Made by a program: the position numbers and the translations under genes. Positions 1 through 14,296 of a stretch of 64,000 nt of DNA are shown here, piece after piece. The stretch's first letter is position 1; each line of letters begins with the position of its first letter. This DNA comes from Octopus bimaculoides (taxonomy: Eukaryota): NCBI RefSeq assembly GCF_001194135.2, contig NC_068990.1:88037504-88101503 (forward strand). Reading direction: 5' to 3'. The notes under the pieces are model-generated. The model saw nothing but the letters and a program-made list of their open reading frames with translations. It made no database searches and was not told the origin of the DNA.

Positions 1-120
1 GATTTTTAGGTAGACGTGTTCGTTCTTCAACGCTTGGTTGGCTTTCCTACAATTACCATTTTTTCTAATCAGTGACAGTGATGTTGGTTTGTTCAAAAAT
101 AGTTACAACTCATCATCTAC

Positions 121-173
<53 letters not shown>

Positions 174-563
174 GCATACAAACATGCATTCTTAACACAT
201 GCATCCACTTGCAGCTACTCAAAACTCTTTGCTTATAAAATGCATGACTTCTTGTCCACGTGATACTTAAAAACTATTATTACAGCAAGTATAAATTTCT
301 CTTGCCAGCATGTAAATGTCCCGTTTTAGAATCAGAGTTTCAGTGAAGACAGCACATGCTGCTTTTGGATTTAATGTGATAAAGTGTTGCTTGTTTGTTA
401 GCATTTTGTTTTGTTACTGGTGGTTTTCTTTACTTTCATTATTATTATTATTATTATTCATCTCATGAAATATAATAATAGAAACCGAATGTGTTTCATC
501 TAAACTTTTACTCTACATTGTTAGGCAAACTCTCATCTTTACATTTTGCTGCTCATCTTCAAT

Positions 564-623
<60 letters not shown>

Positions 624-1327
624 ATGTATATATTTTGATTGGCTAACAAGCAAAACTCTTAAAAGCTTTGATCTTGTTTTTACTTCTGCCAGAGCATCGT
701 GGATCTAAACTTGATGTAGAAGCAAGCTTGTAAACCATAGTCGAACAAATCTGGCCAACAACATTGTCTGTGCAGACTAGTCAGGAATTCTTGGCGATCT
801 AACATTAGTCTATTTCTTCAGTCCTTCCAACAGATGTGATAATCCTATTCAATCAATACAGGTGAGGGGTAGATGAATCACCTGATATATTTTCCTAAGG
901 TATCAGATGTTAGATAATATAAACATATTTCATTGACATAATTTCATCAACATTGTATTTTAGTGCTTTGTATTTTAGTTGTTTATTGTATTTTTTAAAT
1001 CAACATCATCACTATCATCATTATCATTATTACCATCACCATCACCATCATCATCAATACAATCATTGTCATCATCGCCACTACCATCATCATCATCATC
1101 ATCACCAACACTTTCACCATTGTTGTGTCAATGATATTGTTAGATCTAGCTTCTTCTTCTTCATTTTAAAGAGAAGGGTGCTTTCTGAAGGAGGTACAAC
1201 ACATGGTTGTGTCTCTGGTCATGACACTTCACTTTCAATAGAGCAGGGTGTAGTTGACAAGGGCTCAAACAAATATCATATGGCATTTTACCCGGCATAC
1301 TAGCAATTCTACCAATTGATCACTCTC

Positions 1328-1378
<51 letters not shown>

Positions 1379-2042
1379 CCTTTCTATTAAAGGCAGAAGA
1401 CCTAAACATTTGGTGGGTGGGGGATAGTCAATTACATCAACCCCAGAATTTGACTGGTGCTTATTTTATCAACCCTGAAAGGATGAAAGGCAAATTTGGC
1501 CTTGGCAGAATTTGAACTCAGAGCATAAAGGCAGACAGAATGCTGAGCAACATTTCATCCAATGTTCTAACAGTTCTACCAAGCTCACCATCTTAATAAT
1601 AATAATAATAAATAATACCAACAATAACAATAACAACTTAAGTGCAGATTTTCTCCATCTTTATGCAGTATGCAACATCTCTGCTGTCCTGACTGGGTTA
1701 AACTAAAAACAGTTCATTAATAATCAATTCGGTAAATCCTTGGTGAGAAAAGGAAAAAGTTGCTTCTTCGGCAGTCATTAATAGCAAGAAATTAACAGAC
1801 TGCCAAAAGTCAAATCCATCATCACAGTTGGATAGAAGCATCTAAAATGTCCAGCTTCATATTTTTCACTCTTTCCTATTGCTCGTTGTCTGCATTTCTT
1901 TATTTCTTTTTCACTGATCATCCTTTCACTTTCTCTGACCATCCCTCTCTCTCTCTCTCTCTCTCATTACTCTGTTGCCTCATGCACTCACGTATATATA
2001 CATATATATATATGAACACACATGCATATGCAGACATGAACA

Positions 2043-2088
<46 letters not shown>

Positions 2089-2229
2089 NNNNNNNNNNNN
2101 NNNNNNNNNNNNNNNNNNNNNNNNNNNNNNNNNNNNNNNNNNNNNNNNNNNNNNNNNNNNNNNNNNNNNNNNNNNNNNNNNNNNNNNNNNNNNNNNNNNN
2201 NNNNNNNNNNNNNNNNNNNNNNNNNNNNN

Positions 2230-2290
<61 letters not shown>

Positions 2291-2413
2291 TGTTTTATTT
2301 TCTGCCTGCTCTTTTCTCTTTCTCTTTAACCAAATCTTATTCTTTTCTCTGCCATCTCTATCTACATGTATAATGTATATGTATGAATACATGTACAGAT
2401 AGATAGATAGATT

Positions 2414-2487
<74 letters not shown>

Positions 2488-3476
2488 CTGACAGACATAT
2501 ACAGATGCATAGTTGTAACGAATCAAAAAGGAAGTACTCAATACCATAAAGTATTAATTTAATTTGAGTGGTTGAAATTAGCACTGGCCATTACTGATTG
2601 TTTCATTGTGTGGCAGCCATGCAATTAATGATAATGTGAAATGAAAGCAAGACTCATACTCTTTTCCATTTTCATACTGTTTGCTTTTATTTGAAGTTTA
2701 TTCCAACATGGTGACCTGATGAACTACATGTCTTCCATGCAAAGAGACAAAATTAGCAGTTGTCAATGCTGATTTTCAGGTGACCAAATTCAATGAAGAA
2801 ATGTGTGTGTGTATGTGTGTGTGTGTGTGTGTGTATGTGTGTGTGTGTGTGTGCATATGTGTGTGTGTGTGTGTGTGCGTGTAAGTATTCTTTTCTTTTA
2901 CTTGTTCCAGTCATTTGACTGCAGCCATGCTGGAGCACTGCCTTGAAGGGTTGTTTTTCAGTCAAACAAATTGACCCCAGGACTTAATCCTCTATACCTG
3001 CTCAAGTTTAAACCTCTTGAGCACTACTAACTGTATTCTGCACAGAAAATATTTGGCTCTCATCTATGAACTATATATATATATATACGTATATATATAT
3101 ATGNNNNNNNNNNNNNNNNNNNNNNNNNNNNNNNNNNNNNNNNNNNNNNNNNNNNNNNNNNNNNNNNNNNNNNNNNNNNNNNNNNNNNNNNNNNNNNNNN
3201 NNNNNNNNNNNNNNNNNNNNNNNNNNNNNNNNNNNNNNNNNNNNNNNNNNNNNNNNNNNNNNNNNNNNNNNNNNNNNNNNNNNNNNNNNNNNNNNNNNNN
3301 NNNNNNNNNNNNNNNNNNCCTTCAATAGATTTTTGCATTAGTTAAGGAAGGAAAAGCCAACTCTTTCCAAGTGTTTGTTGACAATGATAGTGGGAGTGGT
3401 GGAAGTGGAAGATGTAATGGTTCTGGCAGCAGCAGAAGTGCCAGTAATGGTGGTGGCAGCAGCAGCAAGGTTTTTG

Positions 3477-3533
<57 letters not shown>

Positions 3534-6230
3534 GAAGGTCTCTCTTGGTCAAGATTGACCATGGATCTGTGAATATATGCACAGTCTGGGCAACTGTTTT
3601 TTTGTGGAAGACAGACAGTTGTCATGTATGCAAGTTGCTCCTATCCACATCACTAATATTGCCCGAGGGAAAATCCATCACTTTAGAGCCATTATAGTTT
3701 GGTACCAGTGCCGTCACAAACATTGCTGTCAGAAAACAAGGGACCAAAACAAATACCACAAGGCGTTTCATCAAATGTTCTAACAGTTCTGCCAATCCAC
3801 TTCCCTGATTCATACCTTTTTATCAACCCCAAAAGACTGAAGGGCAAAGTTGCCTCATCAGGATTTGAACTCAGGGTACTTAGAATAGGAACAAATACCA
3901 CAAATCATTCAATTCAACACTCTAATAACTTGACCAAGTCACTGCCTTATATATGAAATAAAAGTATCTGTGTGCATGTATTTAATGTATTTATGTTTGT
4001 GTATGAGTTTGTCAGTATCTACACACAGACGCAGAGACAAGCAAGGAAGAGCAAACTTTGAAATGAAACAAAATTATATATATGTGTGCATGTGTATATA
4101 TATGTATATATATATATATATAATCTGGTTTAATAAATAATACAAATCACTGGCAGACACATAAATAGCCAGTCTCATTACTAACAGATTTCACTGTTTC
4201 ATTCCATCTTCAGTCTCAACTTTCACTGTCCTCCATGTCTACGACTGCATCTGATTGGGTTACTGGTTTTAACAGCTGTCTTTAATGAAGTATTTTAATT
4301 AATGAGTCATGAATCAATTAATTACAAAAAAAAATAAATAAACAAGAAACTGAGGAAATTTAAATCTCTGTTTAAGTGATAATGTCTTTAATAGGACAGC
4401 TGTTTGATTTCACTAGCATCTCATAAAACACAACTTAATATGCAGTCTTGCACACTCACATGGAAATTCATTTATCACTATTACTACAGCAAAGATGGTG
4501 AAGTTGATGCTTTGCTAATGAGCTCAGAATAATGCAGAAACATAGCTGAGATAGTTTCTTGTACATTCTAGAAAAATGAAAATAATATCAATCATTGCTT
4601 ACAATGTTTGTCCATTACTACATATTCATTTCATGTTAACATATATTTGATACTGCCTGTATTAAATATGTTAACATAACTTCACTATTGTTTTTTTATA
4701 CAGATGGCATCTCTGAATAATTTGTTTCCTAAACAATCCTAGTTTTCTACCACAGCCGCCAAATGTACACTCTTGCACATGTCTATTGTGATTTATTTAA
4801 TTACGAGGAAGTATATACTCTGCTAATGAGGTCAGAATAATGTTGAAACACATCTAGAGTTGTCTCCCATATTTACCAGGAAAATGAAAATATTATTATT
4901 GAAGACTATATTATCTAATTGTCCTTCTCATTTAAAAAAGACTGGATGTGATTTGAGAGACATTTGGCTGCTATTCCTAGCAGATAGCATGGTAACTTTG
5001 AGATTCTCTGACTTTGTTTGTGTAACAGTGTGTGTGTGTGTGTCAGTATGTATCAGTGTGTGTGTTTGAATGCATGAAGAGGTATGTAGTATTCATATAT
5101 GTAGATACATTGAAACACCTACACACGTACATACATGTGTGTAAGTTGTTGGCAATATAAATTCAAAATTTTTTTATGTCCAGTGTTTAATTTCATTGCT
5201 TTCTGATATTGGCTTTTCTTACATTTGTTTACACTACGTAAATCGATGCAAATCTTATTAATGCCATTGTCATCAAACTAAACGTGATATTTCTTACAAC
5301 TCTTTACATTCTGAGTTCAAATCCTGCAAAAATCAACTTTACTCTTCAACCCTCTAGAGTAGATGAAATAAATAAAAAAAGACCATCAGATATTAGGGTT
5401 GATATTATTTCATTAACCCCACCTCCTTTCAACATTACTGTGCTAATGCCTAAATTTGAAAATAATTATCATCATTATCCACACCCTCATTATTTTCAAT
5501 TTCATCATCATAGCCATCAAAACTAGCATCATAACCTTCATTGTTACTAGCCTCTTTACAAACCATCAAAGCCATCATTGCCATCATCAGTTTAATGTAA
5601 GGGAAACTTCAATGATAGGATATTAAAGAAATTGAAATTAAAAGAGAATAACACTCCAAAACAGGGGCTAACCTTGTATTGAATAATTACAATACCTTCC
5701 CTTGTATTGGGCCAGTGATGGGGACTCTATGCCAAGTTTAGGGAACCTTTCTAGTACCAGGACCAAATTGTAAGTAAATAAGAATGATGGGAGTGGGAAA
5801 TCCTCAATGAGTTAATTCACTGAAAATTTATTGTAAAGTCAACTCTGATCTAACAGACCAAGATTCAAAGGCAATAAATATAGCTATGACCATCATCACA
5901 AGGGAATATTTTGAGTGATTGTCTTGTATTATTGTCTTATCATTTCATTCTCAGGTCTTAATTATTTAGCAGTCTTTCATAGATCAACAGTATTACTAAC
6001 ACACACACACACACACTCTCTCTCTCTCTCTATTTATCTATCTATCTAACTATGTCCATTATAGTAATCTCCTATTCTGTCTCCCTCTATTCACTTCCTG
6101 CCTGTCCATTTCCTCTTTCTTTCAGCCTCTCATTCTCTCATTCTCTCATTCTCTCATTCTGTCCTTATTTCTAATTTTCGTTATTTCTTTTCTACTTTCA
6201 TTATTCTTTTTGGGCCATTGTCATACACAC

Positions 6231-6580
6231 CTCTGTGTAAACAACAGAGCACACACAACACGCGCCACTGTAAACAACAGGAGATCTTCAACATGTTTGT
6301 GTTAACAAGAGGACGCACATAATACATGTCTTTGTGAACAACAGAACATGCACAGCACATGTCTGTGTAAATAAAACACACACAATGCATCTATGTAAAC
6401 GACAGAACTTATACACACGCTGCATGTCTACATAAACAACAGAACATGTACAATACATTTGTGTAAACAGCAAAACATAGACTACTTCTGTGTAAACAAC
6501 AGGACACACTCACCATACATCTCTGTCAATAACAGAATGCCCATACAACACACATTTGTGTGTAAGAACCAGAACACACA
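6231..6580 (+). repeat. Degenerate ~30-33 bp minisatellite, ~11 units, core TGTGTAAACAACAG
   Basis: Core recurs at 6237, 6270, 6300, 6335, 6367, 6396, 6432, 6463, 6492. Confidence 0.75.
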
Positions 6581-6679
6581 CTATTTATTATGTTACTTAT
6601 GTTCCAGCTGTTCCATATCTGATTGTTTTGTTGTCGTAATTTGAGAGTAACTTGATCTCTGTTGTGCCAATGTGGAAGC

Positions 6680-6721
<42 letters not shown>

Positions 6722-6989
6722 TTTGCCATGCTGGACCGCTGAACTCTACGCATTTTTTTCATTCTCTCTCTCTTTATTTCCTCTTATTCCTTTCTGCTGA
6801 AGAGCATAGGCTCAAAACGTAAAAGACTTTTTCATTTTTCCCGAGCATCAAACTAATACACTTGGTTGTTGTTCACACACCTATCTTCATCTTCTGTTTT
6901 TTTATAAATTTCAACAATATATAAATATAAAGGTCTCAATCAGTTGTCACTGCCTCCAATTAATTGAGATCTTTGACGATATATCATGC

Positions 6990-7255
6990 TTGAGAAGACC
7001 TGTCAAGCCAAGTGAGATCACAGCCATGGTTGATGCCAGTGTTGCGTAACTGACACCTGTCCCAGTGGCACATAAAAAGCACTCACAAAACTCTTGGAGT
7101 GGTCGGCATCAGGAAGGGCATCCAGCCATAGAAACCAAGCCAGACTGGATTGTAACCTGGTGCAGCTCTCCATCTTACCAGTTTTCTGTCAAACCATCCA
7201 ACCCATGCCAGCATGGAAAAATGGATGTTAAATGAAGATGATGATGATGATAATG
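6990..7255 (+). mobile_element. RTE-tail SINE/LINE 3' fragment ending in (GAT)n (copies near 12740-13000, 18090-18220, 36490-36680, 48760-49010)
   Basis: Recurrent AGGAAGGGCATCCAGC...CCAACCCATGCCAGCATGGAAA...GTTAAA(TGA)n. Confidence 0.75.
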
Positions 7256-8124
7256 ATATATATATATATTTCAGGAACATAACTGATTCACTACATGCTG
7301 TTTTTCATCATAGATCAGAATTAAATTGATATTGGAAATCATCAGCATTTATACATATCTCAAAACATGGATAAATGGACGTAAAATTAAAGATAACAAT
7401 ATCTATCTGTCAGTCTGTCTGTCTGTATATGTGACGTCCATTTTTTTCCATTTTTTTTTAGTCATTCAACAATAGATTAAGAATATTTATTAGAGACACC
7501 TGCATAAGTTAGAATAAATTCACAACTCTTGAAGGAGGTCAACCTCAACTCACATCTTGGTGCCTCTTTTCAGCAGACAAAGCTGTTGATTTGCAGAAAT
7601 ATAATCACATCAGCATCAAAATACAAACATTGGAATATATATAATAAGAATTCAAAAATAATTTTTGACTTTGGTATAAAAGACCACAAAATATGTGACA
7701 GATTTAAAGTCAATTTAATCATTTTCAGTACTTGATTGATACTTATTTTAAATTCATATTGGCATTTATCTTCTTACAAACACACACACACAAACACACA
7801 CACGCACGCACATGTGCATGCACACACACACACACACATTATCTCAGTATTTAATTAATGCCCCATTGTCAATGAATGCACTGGTATGCAAATGAGAAAA
7901 ATCAGTGCTTTTAGTCATAGCATTTTTCATTCGTAGATACAAATTGCTCTTCTTATCTCACTCTCTCAAAGTAAACACACCTGATGAGCTGGCAATACCC
8001 AGGTGAAACTAGTCAAGTTATTCTTCAATTCATTCTGAAGAGAGATCATTATGGTTGAACAACAAGGTTTATTTACAGAACAAGGCTAAACATATATTAT
8101 TAAACATGCATGTAAACTTATTTA

Positions 8125-8204
<80 letters not shown>

Positions 8205-8343
8205 TGCACACACTTGATATTGGCATCAATGTTTTAGAAATCTCATCAATGGTTCTTCATTCATTCTTTCATTTGCCGTCATCCCATTCTCATCTTATCA
8301 TTGTAGTTGTTATTTTCATTGTAGTAATAATTATTGATGCTGC

Positions 8344-8378
<35 letters not shown>

Positions 8379-8663
8379 CCTACTCTCAATTGATAACACT
8401 TGTTTCAAAGAGCTGCTGAGAGATCAATATTCTTTGAGACAAGATGGCATTGTTCTGATATTTCTGTAGGGCAAAGAAATAGAGCCATAGATAAGTAGAA
8501 AGAGAGAATATAATAGAGAAAGAGAGAGAGAGAGAGAGTGTGTGTGTGTGGAAGAGAGAGGAAAAAGGGAGGTGTGGGGAAGACAATGATGTAGAGAAAA
8601 GGAGTCAGGATAGAGAGAGATAGTGTGCGTATGTGTGTGTGAAAGAGGGACAGTGGTAGGTTA

Positions 8664-8697
<34 letters not shown>

Positions 8698-9325
8698 GAA
8701 TGAGAGAGCATGTGTGAAAGAGAAAGAAAGGTATGTGTGGAAGAGAGAGAAAGAGAGAGAATTAGAACAGTGGGATGTGTAAAAATGAGGTTGTGTGTGT
8801 GTGTGTGTGTGTGTGGCACACTGAGAGAGAGAGAGAGAGAAACAGTTAATGTAGGGAACTGCGTTGTTGGTGTTGTTCAACAAGTGGTTAGTCAGACATA
8901 AGTACTTGCAGTGAAGTGCGACATATCAACAGTGAAAGTCTCTCCGATGTTAACAATTCCTGCTTAAAAACATGTATTTCTGTGAAAACACATCAGAACC
9001 ATGAAGGACCCTGCAAAGAATTGACCTCTCTATCTACATTGATTATAAGAGGGTGGTGCTTGTTGTGGCAGCAGATTTTGTTGTTGTTGTTGTTGTTTAG
9101 CTCTAGGTCAGCTCTGATAGATCAAAGACATTCTAGCCATGACCATCCTGTCGCCTTTTCTACCACTATTGCAATAGCCTTTGCTTCTCAGAAACTGAGT
9201 CTTGTACCACCTTCTTCTAAGCACAATTCTCTCACATGCTTCTTCCTTTCAGAAGCTATATTATTGTCCATCAGCCCCCACCAACACCACCAAAGCCTTG
9301 CCCTAATCATTATAGCTAATCTCGC

Positions 9326-9548
9326 TAAGGCAGCGAGCTGGCAGAAACGTTAGCACACCAGGCGAAATGCTTAGCGGTATTTCGTCTGAGTTCAAATTCC
9401 GCCGAGGTTGACTTTGCCTTTCATCCTTTTGGGGTCGATAAATTAAGTACCAGTTATACACTGGGGTCGATGTAATCGATTTAACCCCTTTGTCTGTCCT
9501 TGTTTGTCCCCTTTATGTTTAGCCCCTTGTGGGCAATAAAGAAATAAG
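9326..9548 (+). mobile_element. Second SINE family with a Deu/Nin-like core (copies near 1380-1590, 3780-3900, 5280-5420, 53440-53600)
   Basis: tRNA-like head GAGTTCAAATTCC followed by GACTTTGCCTTTCATCCTTTTGGGGTCGATAAATTAAGTACC. Confidence 0.65.
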
Positions 9549-9988
9549 AAAGAGGTAGGGAGAGAAAGAGTAAGTAGTCTCTAACCACCAACTAATTGCA
9601 ATTAGACTGTCATAATAGTCTATTCTCATTCAGTTTTGGACATAAAAGTGTGTGGTCACCATTTTCAAGATGGTATTTGGTGAGGGGTTGCTGGTTAGAG
9701 ACTACTTACTCTTTCTCTCCCTACCTCTTTCTCTCTCTTTCTCTCATCTTTTTCCTTACATTCCTCTCCTTTCTCTCTCTTTCTCACACACATACATAAC
9801 CTTTCCTTCTGATTTTCTTACACTCTCTCTCTCTTTCTCACTCTTGTACATGCACTTTCTTTCTCTCTCACACCCACACTCACAAATCTCTTTCACACTC
9901 ACTCACTCTTGCCAACACAAACACATTTTCACACCACAAACACACTCTGGCATACATACACACTCACTCTCAGTCACACACACACAGA

Positions 9989-10025
<37 letters not shown>

Positions 10026-11330
10026 TCTCTCCCTCTCTCTCTCTCTCTTAAAATAGAGTGAGGCCCTTATGTGATACTGGATGCTGCATTGAGCAGTTAA
10101 AAAAGATTACAGCCAGCCATCAGTTGGTAACATGTACTATTTTCCCTAATTGTTTTGGCTGCTTATGTAATCACGAGCAGATATGGATACCCTCTTGCTC
10201 CCCTCCTTACCCTTGATCCAGTGGAGCATTCAGGATGTGATTGCTGGAGAGAAAGAGGGCTGCATCTGGTTCTTATTACAACTGAACAGAATGGCGTATT
10301 GTGAAGTGAAGTGTCTCCCTCAAGAGCACAATATACCTCTTGGGCTGGAAATTGAACTCACAATTGTAAAACAATGAGTCCAAAATCTTAACTACCAGCC
10401 CACACACCTTTATATTGAACAGACATATATTGAAATATATTGAAGCTTCTTCTTTGGCTTTTGTAGCCATCTATTTTACAGATAGGAGAGAGTTGATAGA
10501 GATCTTATTGCTACAATAAGTTTATTGATATTGGTCCCATGACCCCTAATTTAGAAGCAGTACAAAGTTTGTTGATGTATCATTGAGAAGGTCTAATAAT
10601 AAGTTGCTTCATTGGTCTTGTGGTCTATTTTTTAACAAAATAGGAAGTTCGTTGAATGAAGTTTTACTATGTTGACTGAGTCACATATTCACATAGAAAC
10701 TGCCTCCATTTTCTCACTGGGTCAGCAACAAGATGCATTTTGTATGTAGTTGGTAAATTCTGTGAGCTTTAGAAAAGTTTATATTATACAAGAAATTGTA
10801 GCATCTATGCCTTTTCTTCAATGCACTAGCAAGTGATATATGCAACAAGTCAGAAACAAAATGGTTACAATTGAAAACAAGCAACGAACTACGTAGTGAA
10901 CTCAGATTACCTCTATAGTCTATATAAATTTCTTAGGTTTTTGTCATATATATTTTAGACAGTTATTCTGTAACACTGATGTCAGATAATGAAGAAAAAA
11001 GCACAAAGCAAATGCCATTGATAATGGTAAATGTATTGATAATGATAAAGTGTGGATAATGATAATGATGTTTATTGCTAAAACAAAACCTAAAAAAATG
11101 TATTATTTCCTATTCTAATCTATTTACAGATACTTTATAGATTTTGGTCAAAATGGTAGTGAGGTAGAATTAGGGGAAGCTCATGTTTTAATATTTGTTG
11201 ATATTCTTTGTTTTGTCAAATATTGTTTTGTCGCATTGTTTTTATAACTTATTTTTTATTGGCTTTCTGTTTGTTTCTCTAAACTGTGACGTTTGTCATT
11301 TATTTTCTCTGTTTTTAACACATTGTCTTT

Positions 11331-11366
<36 letters not shown>

Positions 11367-11507
11367 TTCTTTCTATATTTTTACTCATAGTGTCTCTTTC
11401 TCAAAGTGTGTGTTATTGTGTTAAGTGTGTATTTATGTAAAAGATTATATTTGTCAGAATTTGAAAATGAATTTATATTTGTACATCATCATCATCACCA
11501 TCATCAC

Positions 11508-11560
<53 letters not shown>

Positions 11561-11609
11561 CCATCATTACTTCTGGTGGGTTTTCTGTGTTACTGTGCTT
11601 GTATGGGTT

Positions 11610-11960
11610 AGATAGGTCTCCTTCAGCACAGAGTCTCACCATTTGCTGTGGTCCTTTGTCATACAGATCAGCCTTCACCACACTTTCCCATGTCTTCCTT
11701 TTCCATATGCCCTTTCCATAGGGATTAGCTGATAATTCTTTACACAACTATACACTTCCATACACATCACATGTCTGCACCTGTGCAGTCTTTTCTCTTG
11801 CACACTTACCTTATATATCCAGTTCAATTCATTTCTCTCCAACCTTCACATATTTTCTCCATCCAGTTCCCATGTATCACTCCCAAACAATATCACACTT
11901 TGTAAGCAAATATATAATCTTCCCTTCACTCATAGAGAGAATCCTTTTGTTGCTACCAAT
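11610..11960 (-). mobile_element. Old RTE LINE 3' fragment
   Basis: Reads KRKTWESVVKADL on the minus strand and ends in an (ATG)n tail. Confidence 0.55.
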
Positions 11961-12848
11961 GACGATAGCTCCTTAAAGTTTTTCCATGACGCTGATTTAA
12001 AAACTGGAGGACATTTGTATGTGGTTTATTTTAGTGTTGGACATGACCCTCTTAATGATTTTCACAGTTAGATACTTTGGTTCAATGGCAAGGTGTCACA
12101 AATGATTGAAGATAATAGATTGCTTCTGTAATCATCTACAGAAAATCATCTACAGAAAAATTAGCAAATGTGAACATCATGAGATGAGATGAATTTGGCT
12201 AGGGCCATCTTTACATGTACAAATTGTGCAAAGTGAATTGGATGGCAGTAAATTAGGTTAGAGAATGTAAAAATAAGAAAAATGGGGTTGAGATAAACAA
12301 GGGTAGGTTGCAGGCCAAAAAGACAAAGAGGTGAAGGATTAAGGTGAGTGTATATACCTTCTGTTCATTGATATGATATCAGGAGTATAGAAATACACCG
12401 ACCTTGCAGCTGCTGATTAATAAACTTTGTAAGTGAGGCAACATATGTTACTTCTCTAATCTAAATCCAAGATCTGGATATCTCTGTAAATAATCTACTT
12501 CCTAATTATTGACCCATTCTACCCCACCCCCACCCTACTGTCCTTCTTCAACCTCTATCTTTATTTCAACGATTTTGATAAACCTAACCACCACCACCGC
12601 TGCCCCTCCAGTCATTCTGTGCTGAAAATAATGTGAACACACACATGCAGTCTGTAGAGCTCATCTTTTCTGTTATTGTATTTCTTTCAGTTTTTTTTCT
12701 ATCCTTATTCATCTATACCATATATCATTATCATCATCATCATCATCATCGTTTAGCATTCGCTTTCCATGCAGGCCTGGGTTAGACAGTTTGATTGGAA
12801 CTAGTAAACCGGAGAGCTGTACCCAGTCCCAGTCTGATCCAGCATGGT

Positions 12849-12902
12849 TTCTACAGCTGGGCACCCTTCTACAGCTGGGTACCCTTCTACAGCTGGGTAC
12901 CC
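12849..12902 (+). repeat. 18-bp unit x3 inside a SINE copy
   Basis: TTCTACAGCTGGG(C/T)ACCC three times. Confidence 0.9.
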
Positions 12903-13016
12903 AACCACTCCAAGAGTATAATAGGTACTTTTATGTGTCACCAGCACAGGTGCTTTTACATGTCACTACCATGGGTACTGGTTACGTGATATTGGCATCG
13001 GCCATGACTACAATTT

Positions 13017-13050
<34 letters not shown>

Positions 13051-13105
13051 TGAGAGACAGAAGAGACAAGGAAAAGAAAGAAAGGAAAAATGAATGAAAG
13101 CAAGA

Positions 13106-13141
<36 letters not shown>

Positions 13142-14054
13142 TCTTGCTTTCATTCATTTTTCCTTTCTTTCTTTTCCTTGTCTCTTCTGTCTCTCACTTG
13201 CTCTCATTCTCTCCCTCCATCAGATACACACATGCTATCCACCTATCCATCTCTCTTGTTAACTTCTTCTCGTGCATGCTCCCACTTCAAAGACAATTAC
13301 ACTGAACACCAGTTGAAGAGAAACAATGAATATAAAGAGAAGACGTATGAATAACTTGCAGTTGACATTCAACATACACGTCACAACAAATCTCCGTCTT
13401 TGCAGCTATGGAAATTCCAAGAAATAACAAGTCGCGTTTGTTTCTTTATCTTTTGTCACACAAGTCAAGAAGGGAGCCTCTATGTTGTTGCTTGAAGTAT
13501 GCTAGAAACAGCAGTCAAATCTCCTTAATTCCCATGGTAATGTACTTTAAAAAAGGATGCAAACGTTGGATAATTTAACCCTAGATACACAATGCTGATA
13601 AAAAAGAATGCTCAGGGCTGAAATGCTGTGACCACAACTCTTCTGGATCAGAGCTGACTTGGGGCTAAAGAACAATAACAACTAAAATAACATTATGCAA
13701 TAATTTCCAATTATCTGGAATATATAGCAGTATTGTCGTCACACGTATACAGTAGCCATACTCTTGACAAGTTCTTTGGTTTATTCCAGCAACAGAAGAC
13801 ACTGGAGACATACGTCATAGGATAATTAGTAACACCTTTAGCTGGAAATACATAAGTGTGTGTGTGTGTGTGTGTACATAAACATATAAATAGACAAACA
13901 GACAGACAGACAGACAGATGTTTAATTATATTGTGTACTCCAGTTATAGAAGACTAGAGATAGGTGTTATAGTAATTAGTAACACACCCAACTAATAGTT
14001 TACTTTTATCAACTCTCTCTCTCTCTCCTCCTCCTCCTTTTTCTCTCCTCTCTA

Positions 14055-14086
<32 letters not shown>

Positions 14087-14102
14087 CTCCTCCTCCTCCT
14101 TT

Positions 14103-14136
<34 letters not shown>

Positions 14137-14247
14137 NNNNNNNNNNNNNNNNNNNNNNNNNNNNNNNNNNNNNNNNNNNNNNNNNNNNNNNNNNNNNNNN
14201 NNNNNNNNNNNNNNNNNNNNNNNNNNNNNNNNNNCTCCTCCTCCTTT

Positions 14248-14296
<49 letters not shown>

